From assembly GCA_963711565.1 (NCBI GenBank), contig CAVQEQ010000001.1:960001-1024000 (forward strand): a stretch of DNA of 64,000 bases. The letters run 5' to 3'. Every line of letters starts with the position of its first letter. Positions within the stretch are counted from its first letter, which is position 1. This document shows, one piece after another, positions 8,947-18,862 of the stretch. The notes under the pieces were generated by a model. It was not told the origin of the DNA. It did no database searches and saw only the letters and a list, made by a program, of their open reading frames with translations. Both the position numbers and the translations under genes were made by a program. Origin of the DNA: an uncultured delta proteobacterium. Its GTDB lineage: Bacteria; Desulfobacterota; Binatia; Binatales; Binataceae.

Positions 8947-9981
8947 ATGGCCGTGATGACGATTGAATGGCGGGCGGATACCGTCCGCATGATCGATCAG
9001 CGCCTGCTTCCAGGGCGCGAGGTGATTCGAACCTATCGCGAATATCGCGGTGTCGCGGAGGCTATCCGCACGATGGTTATTCGCGGCGCGCCGGCGATTG
9101 GCGTCGCGGCGGCGATGGGGGTCGCACTCGGAATCAAGGGCACCGCGGGCGCGAAGGCGAAGAAACGCTTCGCGCTCGTCGCAAAAACACTCAAGGCGAC
9201 CCGGCCCACCGCGGTGAACCTGGCGTGGGCGGTTGATCGGATGGGACGCGCGCTCGACGAGAGCGATTCGCTGGGTGCGGCAGAATTGTTTGCTCGGATG
9301 CGCGCGGAGGCGATTGCGATTTACACGGCAGACATCGCTGCCAATCGTGCGATGGGAAAATTCGGCGCTGAACTGATCGGAGACCCGGCGACGGTGCTGA
9401 CGCATTGCAATGCCGGCGCACTCGCGACGGCGGGATACGGCACGGCGCTCGGCGTAGTGCGGGCGGCACGCGACGCGGGGAAAAGAATCCAGGTGTTTGC
9501 CGACGAGACGCGGCCATTCCTGCAAGGCTCGCGCCTGACCGCGTGGGAACTGCACAAGGATCGGATACCGGTGACAGTGATCGCCGACAACATGGCGGCA
9601 ACAGTACTCTCGCAGAACAAGATCGATTGCGTGGTCGTCGGAACAGATCGCACGGCAGCCAACGGCAACGTCGCCAATAAAATCGGCACCTACCCACTGG
9701 CAGTGATGGCCCGGCGGCACGGCGTCCCCTTCTATGTCGCGGCGCCGCTATCGTCGATCGACCTGGACTGTCCCAACGGCGCGGCGATTCCGATCGAAGA
9801 GCGCTCGGGCTCGGAGCTCACCGAGTACGGCGGCAAGCAGATCGCGCCCAAGGGCGTCCGCACGTTCAACCCGGCGTTCAACGTCACGCCAGCCGAGCTG
9901 GTGACAGCGATCATCACCGAACGGGGAGTCGCATATCCTCCCTACACGGAAAGTTTGCGCGCGCTCAAAAACAAATCTTGA
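8947..9981 (+). CDS. mtnA: S-methyl-5-thioribose-1-phosphate isomerase
   Basis: IDQRLLP, RGAPAIG, RPTAVNL, THCNAGALAT, DETRP.LQG.RLT, ANKIGTY. Confidence 0.96.
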   Translation: MAVMTIEWRADTVRMIDQRLLPGREVIRTYREYRGVAEAIRTMVIRGAPAIGVAAAMGVALGIKGTAGAKAKKRFALVAKTLKATRPTAVNLAWAVDRMGRALDESDSLGAAELFARMRAEAIAIYTADIAANRAMGKFGAELIGDPATVLTHCNAGALATAGYGTALGVVRAARDAGKRIQVFADETRPFLQGSRLTAWELHKDRIPVTVIADNMAATVLSQNKIDCVVVGTDRTAANGNVANKIGTYPLAVMARRHGVPFYVAAPLSSIDLDCPNGAAIPIEERSGSELTEYGGKQIAPKGVRTFNPAFNVTPAELVTAIITERGVAYPPYTESLRALKNKS

Positions 9982-9989
9982 TCGACTGA

Positions 9990-11009
9990 CTATTCATCGA
10001 AATGATCCAGATACTCAGAAAGTCCATAGCCAATCTTCCCATCCCAATTCCATTCAGTCATACCTTCTGCGATTCGAGTGACTATTCCTGCGCGGCGATT
10101 GCGCAATGGAATCATCGATAGCACTTTGCCGGTAATGACTACTGGCGCTCCACCGTCAATGGTCTGACAGGTCAGCTTGATCTTGTCGTGGAGCTGCTGC
10201 TCACCGGCGAATTCAGTCTGAACATCGACCTTCACGATGTGCAGGAACGGCTTGCCCTTGCGCGCGATGAATCCTCCCGGGCGCTCGCTACCGTCGCGAT
10301 TCACTGTGATCGTGGCCATCGCACCAAGATCCTCGTCGAAGTTCATCGTGAGCCATCGATAGAACTTCGGCGCCTGCCAATAGCGCGGTCCCCAGCTATG
10401 GTCGCGCAAACCGAGCCCGTCGATCTTGAACTCGCGATCCTTGCTGTCGGTCGTCAACACGAGTTTCCCCGTTGCGTGGCCGAGCTGCTCCAGGTGCCCC
10501 TTGGCGAATTGAGCCTCGGGGTCACCGGACGGTTTCGGCGAGACCCACTTGTCTCCATTCTTTTCGCGCAGCTCACCTCCCCATCCGGGAGAGGTAGCGA
10601 CGTAGTCGATTTCTAGCGCGGCTTTCGAGTACGGATTGGTCTTAAACGCCTTGGCTGGGTCGGCCATCTCGAGCGGATTCTTCAGAATACAGAGTTTGCC
10701 GCGATAGCCGACGCGATGGCGCTCGAACGGTTTGACCACTTCGAATTTTGCGCCGCCCGCGTCGTGCGCGTCGTTGTTCTTGATCTCGGGCCGCTGAAAC
10801 ATGAAGCCGACGGTTCCATCCGGGAGATAAAGGCACGCCGTCATCTCCGCGTATCCTTCGTTCGCACGATTACCCAGTCGGATAAAACCGCCGAGGCGCT
10901 GACCGCGATCGTAGAAATTGTAATACGCACTCTCGTTGAAATTGGACTCGCCGGTGTTCGGATGCATCAGGTCGTCTTGTTCGAGCAGTACTACTTTGGT
11001 TTCGGGCAT
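9990..11009 (-). CDS. Conserved hypothetical beta-rich protein (tocopherol cyclase/AttH-like)
   Basis: FNESAYYNF, GHLEQ and GLRDHSWGPR motifs; same strand and 3 bp downstream of the next gene. Confidence 0.6.
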   Translation of the reverse strand: MPETKVVLLEQDDLMHPNTGESNFNESAYYNFYDRGQRLGGFIRLGNRANEGYAEMTACLYLPDGTVGFMFQRPEIKNNDAHDAGGAKFEVVKPFERHRVGYRGKLCILKNPLEMADPAKAFKTNPYSKAALEIDYVATSPGWGGELREKNGDKWVSPKPSGDPEAQFAKGHLEQLGHATGKLVLTTDSKDREFKIDGLGLRDHSWGPRYWQAPKFYRWLTMNFDEDLGAMATITVNRDGSERPGGFIARKGKPFLHIVKVDVQTEFAGEQQLHDKIKLTCQTIDGGAPVVITGKVLSMIPLRNRRAGIVTRIAEGMTEWNWDGKIGYGLSEYLDHFDE

Positions 11010-11012
11010 TAG

Positions 11013-11447
11013 TCAGATCTCCTTTTGATCTTTTCCGGCGTTGCGAATTGCGATGTCATTCTCGAGGTAGCGCGGATTCGCGATGCGCAGTTTCTCCTCG
11101 ACGCTCTGGCGCACTACCGCAAGCACTTCGCGCCGCCAGTCGCCATCGTCAGCGTCGCCCGCGCGAATCCTGGCGGTCAACTCTTCGCCCATTTTCACAT
11201 CGGCGGCGCGCAGATCGTCGAGGCTGTGCAGATGCGGCGCGTCCTGCCCGAGCAGGCGAGCAAAAGCCTTCACCTCGCCTCGAACCAGCGGATCTTCCAT
11301 CTTTATCTCGCGCGCGACAATGCGCATCACGTTGGCAACGACTCGCGCCTGGAACTGGCGCGCCCCCTCGATTGTCGGAACGAGTTCGCGATCGACGAAG
11401 TCGGCGGCTGCTTCGAGCAATTCAACTGAGGTTGGACGGTCCTGCAT
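11013..11447 (-). CDS. DUF6285 / LvaB-like small helical protein
   Basis: MQDRPT..ELL.A, FQARVVAN...IV.RE, L..RIRAG, KLRIANP.Y; adjacent to an APH-family kinase. Confidence 0.75.
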   Translation of the reverse strand: MQDRPTSVELLEAAADFVDRELVPTIEGARQFQARVVANVMRIVAREIKMEDPLVRGEVKAFARLLGQDAPHLHSLDDLRAADVKMGEELTARIRAGDADDGDWRREVLAVVRQSVEEKLRIANPRYLENDIAIRNAGKDQKEI

Positions 11448-11486
11448 ATTGACTACTCACATCACGTTTTCGAGATTAGCATGTTG

Positions 11487-12506
11487 CTATTCGATCAGAT
11501 TCAAGAGTTCCAGCTCGGTTTCTGCGGTTCGCCGTCCAATACTGGCGAGTTCGACACTCTTTACGAATCCGTCGATATGCGTGCGCGCCTGACTTATCGT
11601 GATTATGCCCCAGCGCAGATTACCGAAGACCTCCCAGAAGCGCGCCGCTTCAGGATCGACCGGCGAGCCGCTGGCCTTTTCGTAAGCGGGGAAGAAATCC
11701 TCGCGTGTACCGAGCCCTCCGACCGGCTTCCGATCATTGCCGAAGCGCCACGCCCGCACGCACATCCATCCGACATCCTCCATCGGATCGCCCAGATGCG
11801 CCAATTCCCAATCCAGGATCGAGCGCACGCCTTCGGGACCGAAGATGACATTGCCGATTCTGTAATCGCCGTGAACGAGCGTTTTTCGCGGAGTCTTTGG
11901 AATGCGCTTCAGGAGCCATCGGAAGGCCAGTTCGAACGCGGGATGCGGTTCGAGCGCCAGGCGCCGGAAGTTTTCCTCGTAGCGTTTGACCTCGGTCAAC
12001 GCGGCGTTGTCGCCCGGCTCCGGCAGGAAGTCGAGCTTGTGCTTGACCGGATCGATTCGATGAATTTTCGCGAGAATTTCGGCGAGTTGCGCCGGCATCA
12101 CTTCGCGCGCGCGGGCGTAAGTGTCGTCTCGGAGCAGCCGGCGCGCCAGAGTCTCGCCCTCGATGCGCTCCATGATGAAAAACGCGGAACCAAGCACGGC
12201 GGGATCTTCCGAAACCCAGAAGACCTCGGGGACCGGGACGCGTTCTTCGAAGGCGGCGCGAATCACCATGAACTCGTGACGCCGATTGGTTGAGATGTTG
12301 TGCGCGCCGGCATCGCGTCGCAACACCATGGCGCGCCGAGTAGTTTCGCCGCCGCGCTCTGTCGCGCAATCGAACGACCAGATCTCGCGCGATGCGCCAC
12401 CCGGCATCTTGCGAAAATTCTCGATCGCGACACTGTCGAAGCGGCCTTTCGTACGGATGAAGCCGGTCAGCCGTCGGACCATTTCGCCGGGTTCGATTTT
12501 CTCCAT
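11487..12506 (-). CDS. APH-family phosphotransferase (ACAD10/11 N-domain / LvaA-like)
   Basis: GGASRE, HGDYRIGN, LDWELAHLGDPMED. Confidence 0.9.
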   Translation of the reverse strand: MEKIEPGEMVRRLTGFIRTKGRFDSVAIENFRKMPGGASREIWSFDCATERGGETTRRAMVLRRDAGAHNISTNRRHEFMVIRAAFEERVPVPEVFWVSEDPAVLGSAFFIMERIEGETLARRLLRDDTYARAREVMPAQLAEILAKIHRIDPVKHKLDFLPEPGDNAALTEVKRYEENFRRLALEPHPAFELAFRWLLKRIPKTPRKTLVHGDYRIGNVIFGPEGVRSILDWELAHLGDPMEDVGWMCVRAWRFGNDRKPVGGLGTREDFFPAYEKASGSPVDPEAARFWEVFGNLRWGIITISQARTHIDGFVKSVELASIGRRTAETELELLNLIE

Positions 12507-12565
12507 TGCGCGTACTCACTTCCTATCGAAATGAGTATCACGAAATTTCGCCCCTTCGCATCGGT

Positions 12566-13375
12566 TCAGGCGCGATGCCCCACCCGCTGTGCAATTCCGT
12601 CGCCGAGAAGGTTGAAGCCGAGAATCGAAAATCCGATCGCGAGTCCCGGCGCAGTCGTGAGATGCGGCGCGACGAGCAGGAACGCGCGGCCGGCGTCGAG
12701 CATGTTGCCCCAACTGGGAGTGGGTGGAATCGCGCCCAGGCCGAGGAAGGAAAGCGCCGCTTCCGCCCCGATGATTCCGCCGATTCCGAACGTCGCCTGC
12801 ACGGCAAGCGGTCCGACGACGCCGGGCAGCAGATGGCGCATCAGCAGTCGCGAGCGGCTGGCGCCGAGGGTCTCGGCGGCGAGGACGTACTCGCGCTCGC
12901 GCAGGGTCAGCACTTCGCCGCGCACGATGCGCGCGTATCCGGTCCATCCCATGGCGGTCAGCGCAATGACGAGATCGATCAGCCCCGGTCCCAAAATTGC
13001 CGCCAGCGCGATCGCAAGCAGGATTCCCGGAAAGGCGAGAACGATATCGACGCCGCGCATCACGAGGTTGTCGATTCGGCCGCCGGCCAGCGCAGCGGTC
13101 GCACCGATCAGGCTGCCGACGACCAGCGAGATCGCGACGACGATCGTGGATATCGAAAGCGAAAGGCGCGCGCCCCACAGGATACGGGCGAGAACGTCGC
13201 GGCCGAGCGCGTCGCAACCAAACGGGTGCGTGCGGCTGGGACCGGCGAGAATGTCCGCGAGATCGATCGAGATCGGATCGGCGCGGACCAGTATCGGACC
13301 TATGATTGCTGCCACAACGATCGCGACGACAATAGTCACTCCAATAGTCAGTGATGGATTACGTACTACTCTCAC
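12566..13375 (-). CDS. Peptide ABC transporter permease (DppC-like)
   Basis: HPFGCDALGRD, EYVLAAETLGA (EAA motif), LSFLGLG, PSWG; GTG start overlaps the upstream stop. Confidence 0.92.
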   Translation of the reverse strand: MRVVRNPSLTIGVTIVVAIVVAAIIGPILVRADPISIDLADILAGPSRTHPFGCDALGRDVLARILWGARLSLSISTIVVAISLVVGSLIGATAALAGGRIDNLVMRGVDIVLAFPGILLAIALAAILGPGLIDLVIALTAMGWTGYARIVRGEVLTLREREYVLAAETLGASRSRLLMRHLLPGVVGPLAVQATFGIGGIIGAEAALSFLGLGAIPPTPSWGNMLDAGRAFLLVAPHLTTAPGLAIGFSILGFNLLGDGIAQRVGHRA

Positions 13376-14292
13376 GAGATTCTCACTCGCGGGTCCACCA
13401 TCGCGTAAACTATATCGGTCGCCATGTTCACGACGACGTAGGTCATCGCGAACGTGAGAACGCATCCTTCGACGACAGGATAATCGCGCGCTCCGATCGC
13501 AGTGATGAGCAGGCGGCCGATACCCGGCCAGGAAAAAATTATTTCAGTGATGAGCGTGCCGCTAAGCAGCGCGCCCATTTGCAGTCCGATGATCGTCACA
13601 ACGGAAGTGAGCGCGTTTTTGAGTCCGTGGCGTACGAGGGCGGCGCGCGCGCTCAACCCCTTGCTCAGCGCGGTGCGCATGTAGTCGCTCTCGCGCACGC
13701 GAATCAGGCTTTGACGCAGCATCCGCGCGAGGATTGCGGCCAGAGCAGTGCCGAGGGTGACGGCGGGCAGGACGAGATGCGCGATTCCGCCGCGGCCAGT
13801 AAGCGGCAGCCAGCGAAGATCCAGCGAAAATAAAATCATCAGCAACGGGCCTAAGTAGATGTGTGGAATCGAGATGCCGACGATTGCAAATCCCATCGCA
13901 CCGAGATCGCCGGCGCCGCCGGGATTCGCTCCCGCGATCAATCCCAGCGGGAACGCCAACAGAACAGCGACCAGCATCCCCGCCGCGGCAAGCTCGATCG
14001 TCGCGGGGAACCGTTCGGCGATTAGCTCCGAGACCGGCTTGCGATATGAAGTCGATTCACCCAGATCGCCTACAGCGAGTCCGCCGAGATATCCGGCGTA
14101 CTGCTCCAGGAGCGGACGATCGAGGCCGAGCTGATGACGCATCCCGACAATGTCGGCGGGCGCGGCAGTTTCGCCGAGCATCGCGACCACAGGATCGCCC
14201 GGCACCAGGTGGATAATCGCGAACGTCAGAGTCGCCACACCAAGCGCGACGGGCACAAGCGCGAGCAGTCGTCGGACCAGGTAATTGATCAC
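13372..14292 (-). CDS. Peptide ABC transporter permease (DppB-like)
   Basis: PGDP, GLDRPL, GDLGES, DYMRTALSKGL, TEIIFSWPGIG, DPRVR. Confidence 0.93.
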   Translation of the reverse strand: MINYLVRRLLALVPVALGVATLTFAIIHLVPGDPVVAMLGETAAPADIVGMRHQLGLDRPLLEQYAGYLGGLAVGDLGESTSYRKPVSELIAERFPATIELAAAGMLVAVLLAFPLGLIAGANPGGAGDLGAMGFAIVGISIPHIYLGPLLMILFSLDLRWLPLTGRGGIAHLVLPAVTLGTALAAILARMLRQSLIRVRESDYMRTALSKGLSARAALVRHGLKNALTSVVTIIGLQMGALLSGTLITEIIFSWPGIGRLLITAIGARDYPVVEGCVLTFAMTYVVVNMATDIVYAMVDPRVRIS

Positions 14293-14296
14293 TGAA

Positions 14297-15862
14297 TCAA
14301 TCCGACGGCGCGCCGCCGCCGGCCGGGCCAACGAGTGTCAATGTCGCCAGAGAACGGAAACTGCCGTTGGGATACGCGTCGAAGCCGACGAGTCGCCGAT
14401 TCATCACCGCGACGTTGTCCACCCACCACAACGAAACGTACGGCAGATCGTCGGCGGCGAGTTGCTGCACCTGCGCGTAAATTGTTTTTCTCGCGTCGAG
14501 ATCGACGGTACTCATTCCGGCTTCGAGCAGACGATCCAGCGCGGGATTGGAATAGTAACCTCGATTCTCTCCATGCGGTGGCGTCTTCTTCGAGTCAAAT
14601 ATCATGTAATAGCTATTCGGATCGTTGATGCCGACCCATTGGAGAGAAGTCAGATCGAAGCTGCCGGCTTGAATGTCAGCATAGTAGGTAGCGAAGTCGA
14701 GCGTCCGAATAGTCAGTTCGATACCTACTCGCTGAAGCATTGCCTGAAACACTTCGCCCATGCGCGCACCTTCCGGTGTGGTCTTGTATTCGAATCGAAG
14801 CCCGCGCATCCCGTTGCTCGCAGCCGGATATCCAGCTTCGTCCAGCAGTTCACCCGCCTTTTGCGGATCGTAAGAATAGCTAGTGACGTTACCGTCGTAT
14901 GCCCAGTTCTCGGGCGAGAGCATGCCAGTAGCTATCCGCCCCGCGCCGCGCAACATGGTATTGACTATTGTATCGCGGTCGATCGCGTAGGCGATGGCGC
15001 GGCGCACGCGTACGTCCCGCAGCCGAGGATCGCGAAAGTTGAACGACAGGTATTTGTAGGTGGTGCCGGGAGTCTTGCTGACCTGCAGAAACGGATGCGC
15101 CGCGATCCACGGCAGCACGTCGTTCTCGATATAGTTTCCGGAGAAGTCGCAGACCCCTTCTGCCAGTTCGAGCGCCTGCACCGTCGGGTCGGGTACGATC
15201 TTCAAAAGGATGGACTGTGCGGCGGCCGAGGGATGCGGATAATACGGATTGCGCTCGAGCCGAATGGCCTCGTCGCGCACGTAATCAACCATCCGGAATG
15301 GGCCGCTGCCGATGGGAGCGGCTGACCTTTGTTTCGCGGGCAACGGAGTACCTGCCGGCACGATTCCCTCAGTCGCCAGTTCGAGTGCCGGCGCGTACGG
15401 CCGGGCGGTGGTCATGACGATCGTGTAGTCGTCCGGCGCGTCGATCGACTTCAACTGTTCGAGGCCGGCGCGTTTTGGCGACATCGAATCCGGCGCGAGA
15501 ATCGAGTCGTAAGTGAATAGCACGTCACGCGCCGTCAATTCGCGGCCGTCGCTGAAGCGCACGCCGCGCTTGAGATGGAAGATGATTTCCGTTGGTGAAG
15601 GACGCTCGATGCTCTCCGCGAGATGGCCGACGAATTGACCGTTGCGATCGGTCTTCACCAGCGAGTCGAAGATAAGTTCGTTGATACGCGACGAGGTCGC
15701 GTCAGTGCCGAAACGCGGGTCGGTCGAGGTCGGCGAGGTTTCGATATCCACCTGGATCGTCTTCGGCGAACGTTCGACGCGGTGATCGCATCCCGCGAGC
15801 GCGATCGCCGCGGCAATCTTCGCGAGCAACAGCAGCCGGGCAGTTGTCTTCCTCGTCCACAC
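14297..15862 (-). CDS. Peptide ABC transporter substrate-binding lipoprotein (SBP family 5)
   Basis: Lipobox ALAGC, GVRFSDG..LTARDV, IGSGPF, VRRAIAYAIDR; start inferred. Confidence 0.9.
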   Translation of the reverse strand: MWTRKTTARLLLLAKIAAAIALAGCDHRVERSPKTIQVDIETSPTSTDPRFGTDATSSRINELIFDSLVKTDRNGQFVGHLAESIERPSPTEIIFHLKRGVRFSDGRELTARDVLFTYDSILAPDSMSPKRAGLEQLKSIDAPDDYTIVMTTARPYAPALELATEGIVPAGTPLPAKQRSAAPIGSGPFRMVDYVRDEAIRLERNPYYPHPSAAAQSILLKIVPDPTVQALELAEGVCDFSGNYIENDVLPWIAAHPFLQVSKTPGTTYKYLSFNFRDPRLRDVRVRRAIAYAIDRDTIVNTMLRGAGRIATGMLSPENWAYDGNVTSYSYDPQKAGELLDEAGYPAASNGMRGLRFEYKTTPEGARMGEVFQAMLQRVGIELTIRTLDFATYYADIQAGSFDLTSLQWVGINDPNSYYMIFDSKKTPPHGENRGYYSNPALDRLLEAGMSTVDLDARKTIYAQVQQLAADDLPYVSLWWVDNVAVMNRRLVGFDAYPNGSFRSLATLTLVGPAGGGAPSD

Positions 15863-15880
15863 GGTTGGCGCGATAATAAC

Positions 15881-16417
15881 ATGACGATGAGCAAAGATTG
15901 GCGCGCGAAAATCAGACTGCGGCAGGGCGACCTGACTGACGCCGATGTTGATGCGATCGTCAATGCCGCCAACAACGATCTGATGCTCGGGGGCGGCGTC
16001 GCGGGCTCGATTCGCGTCAAGGGCGGACCGGCGATTCAGCAGGAGTGCAACAAAATCGGACCGATTGCGCTGGGCGAGGCGGCGATAACGGGCGCGGGAA
16101 GGCTGCGTGCGCGGCACGTGATTCACGCAGCGAGCATGCGGCTGGGCGAATCGACGTCGGAGGCGAATCTGCGCGCCGCAACGCGCAACTCATTGAGGCG
16201 CGCCGATGAAAACTCGCTGAAGTCGATCGCATTTCCGGCGATCGGCACCGGCATCGCGGGTTTTCCAATCGAGCGATGCGCTCAGGTGATGCTCGAGGAA
16301 GTGCGCGCGCATCTCGACGGTCCGACGACGCTCGAGCGGGTGGATTTCGTGCTCTTCGATCGACCGTCGCTGGAAGTATTCGAGCGAGTGTTCGGCGGGA
16401 TGAAGGATCTGCGCTGA
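15881..16417 (+). CDS. Macro-domain protein (YmdB-like)
   Basis: GDLT...DAIVNAAN, GGGVAG, VIHA, SIAFPAIGTG. Confidence 0.93.
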   Translation: MTMSKDWRAKIRLRQGDLTDADVDAIVNAANNDLMLGGGVAGSIRVKGGPAIQQECNKIGPIALGEAAITGAGRLRARHVIHAASMRLGESTSEANLRAATRNSLRRADENSLKSIAFPAIGTGIAGFPIERCAQVMLEEVRAHLDGPTTLERVDFVLFDRPSLEVFERVFGGMKDLR

Positions 16418-16571
16418 TGCCGCGAAAACAAATTCGACACTCGGCGTTCATCGCGTCGTAACGCTCGCCGTTTTTAATCGTCTCAGGTTGAGTGCGGCAA
16501 TTTTTTCCTGCGCCGGTGCGGATGTGGGGCGGATGGATGACATCGAGGGCCTGGGACGTTACCTTCTAACC

Positions 16572-18086
16572 ATGCGGCTGGGAGCCATCGATGTCGGATC
16601 CAACTCCGTCCACATGATCGTCGCCGACGTTAGCCGCGACGGTCACCTCGAAGTCGTCGATCGCGTCAAGGAGATGGTGCGGCTCGGCCGTCGCTCGTTC
16701 ACGACGGGACGCCTCACGGCGGAATCGATGGACCTTGCGGTCCGCGCGCTGGTGAACTTCAAAAAACTGCTGCGAGTGCGCCGCGTGGAGAGGCTGCGCG
16801 CGGTGGCTACCAGTGCGGTACGCGAGGCGCGCAATCGCACGGAGTTCATCCGCCGCATCAAGCGCGAAACCGGCCTGACGGTCGAAGTGATCTCCGGCCT
16901 CGACGAGGCGCGCCTGATCTTCCAGGCCGCGCGTCATGCGCTCGGCCTCGACGGCGGACCTCATCTGCTCGTCAACGTCGGCGGCGGCAGCGTGGAACTC
17001 GTGCTGGTGCGCGACGGTAAGCCGCTGTGGATGCGCAGCGTGAAGCTCGGCGCGGCGCGACTAGCCGAGCGCTTTCTCCTTGACGACCCGCCGACGCGCG
17101 CGCAGCTGAGCAAGCTCGAGGTGTATCTCGAACGCACGATCGGTCCGCTGATGCGCAAGGCGAAGCGCGCGGGCGTGGTCCGCGCTATTGGAACGTCGGG
17201 CACGATCAACACCCTGGTCGCGATGGCGCGATCTTCGCGCGGCGAGGAGCTGGGGCGCCTGCATGGGGCGAGCGCGTCGGCCGGCGAGATTTCCGATCTG
17301 TCGCGCGACCTGGTCGAGGCCAACGCCGCGCTCCGCGTCGATCTCCCCGGGATGGACGCCAAGCGCGTCAACCTGATGCCCGCCGCTGCGACCCTCGTGA
17401 ACTTCATCCTGAAAAAATCCGGTGCGCCGGAGCTGGTCGCATGCACCTGGGCGCTGCGCGAGGGCGTGCTGCTGGGCCTCGCCCACAAGATCGATTCGCG
17501 CTCGGCCGCCGACGCCCGACGCCGCTCGGTCGGCGCCCTCGCCACTCGATTCGCCGCCGCCAACGACCACGGCAAGCAGGTCGCCAAGCTCGCGCTGAAG
17601 CTCTTCGATGCGACCGCGCCCGTTCTGGGCCTGCCCAAGTCCTCGCGAGAACTCCTTGAATTCGCGGCTTTATTGCACGATATTGGCCACGCGATTGATC
17701 ATGACCGGCACAATCGCCATTCTTACTACCTGATTAAGAATGCGGAGCTGTTCGGCTTCGACACTGACGAAATCGAGGTCATCGCACAGGCGGCTCGCGG
17801 GCATCGCAAGCAGGCCCCGAAGCTCGATTCGCCGGATTTGAAATCGCTCAGCCCCGCCAAGCGCCGCGTGGTTAGGGGCCTCGCCGCGATTTTGCGTGTT
17901 GCCGACGCGCTGGATCGAAGCCACTTCGGTGTGGTTAAGAATATCGAGGTCAGGTATTCACCGGGTCGTGTGATCGTCGGAGTCGATTCGAAGCGCGAGA
18001 AGGCCGACCTCGAACTGTGGACATGCGAGAGAAGAACCGACCTGTTATCGAGACTGCTGGATCGGCAGGTGGTGTTGCAGCGCTAG
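16572..18086 (+). CDS. ppx: Ppx/GppA exopolyphosphatase with C-terminal HD domain
   Basis: AIDVGSNS, ATSAVREA, ISGLDEA, VGGGS.E, GTSGT, LREG, LHDIG. Confidence 0.93.
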   Translation: MRLGAIDVGSNSVHMIVADVSRDGHLEVVDRVKEMVRLGRRSFTTGRLTAESMDLAVRALVNFKKLLRVRRVERLRAVATSAVREARNRTEFIRRIKRETGLTVEVISGLDEARLIFQAARHALGLDGGPHLLVNVGGGSVELVLVRDGKPLWMRSVKLGAARLAERFLLDDPPTRAQLSKLEVYLERTIGPLMRKAKRAGVVRAIGTSGTINTLVAMARSSRGEELGRLHGASASAGEISDLSRDLVEANAALRVDLPGMDAKRVNLMPAAATLVNFILKKSGAPELVACTWALREGVLLGLAHKIDSRSAADARRRSVGALATRFAAANDHGKQVAKLALKLFDATAPVLGLPKSSRELLEFAALLHDIGHAIDHDRHNRHSYYLIKNAELFGFDTDEIEVIAQAARGHRKQAPKLDSPDLKSLSPAKRRVVRGLAAILRVADALDRSHFGVVKNIEVRYSPGRVIVGVDSKREKADLELWTCERRTDLLSRLLDRQVVLQR

Positions 18087-18862
18087 AGCTGCCCGCCGCC
18101 GTTCCTTCGCCTTCGCCCAACGGCCACGTTATTCCATCGGCCGCGCCCAGGACCCTGCTCGAAACTCCCCATCCTTATAAGGGACGTTTGATCTGCGTCG
18201 AGGGAATCGACGGCTCGGGCAAATCGACGCAACTGCTGCTGCTCGAGCGTTGGCTCCGCGCGCGCGGCTACCCGGTCCATTTCACGGAGTGGAATTCGTC
18301 GCGGCTGGTGCGGCGCTCGATGCAACGTGGCAAGAAAAAGAATCTGCTGACGCCGACCACGTTCTCGCTGCTGCATGCCGTCGATTTCGCCGACCGTCTG
18401 ACTTATCAGATCCTGCCGCCGCTGAAGGCCGGCATGATCGTGCTCGCCGATCGCTATGTCTACACTGCCTTCGCTCGCAACGTCGCGCGCGGCGTGCATC
18501 CGGATTGGGTGCGCTCGGTATACAGCCCCGCGCTGCGCCCCGATTTGACGCTCTACTTCCGCGTGCCGATCGATATCTCGCTCGAGCGCCTGCTGTCGGG
18601 ACGCGCCAAGCTCAAGTATCACGAGGCGGGCATGGACGTCGGTCTCTCTGCCGATCCGGTCGAGAGCTTCCGCATGTTCCAGAGCCGCGTGTTGGAAATT
18701 TACGATCAATTGACGACCGAGTTCGGGATGCGTCCGATCGACGCGACTGCCGAGATCCCCAATCAACAGAAGGTTGTGCGCACGATGGTCCAGGAAATTC
18801 TTCGCGACTATGACCTCAAGCGAGCGAACGGAAAAAATGGCGCCACATCGCAGACACGCTAA
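18017..18862 (+). CDS. Thymidylate-kinase-like P-loop kinase A (intact Walker A)
   Basis: EGIDGSGKST, FTEWNSS, DFADR, ADRYVYTAFAR; start uncertain (overlaps ppx). Confidence 0.85.
   Translation: MDMREKNRPVIETAGSAGGVAALELPAAVPSPSPNGHVIPSAAPRTLLETPHPYKGRLICVEGIDGSGKSTQLLLLERWLRARGYPVHFTEWNSSRLVRRSMQRGKKKNLLTPTTFSLLHAVDFADRLTYQILPPLKAGMIVLADRYVYTAFARNVARGVHPDWVRSVYSPALRPDLTLYFRVPIDISLERLLSGRAKLKYHEAGMDVGLSADPVESFRMFQSRVLEIYDQLTTEFGMRPIDATAEIPNQQKVVRTMVQEILRDYDLKRANGKNGATSQTR

Noticed and set aside
18479-18481. AFAR-N-V in kinase A as firm evidence of the G>A signature
   Set aside because: The context fits, but paralog B also has Asn at this position in a non-matching context, so it is ambiguous.
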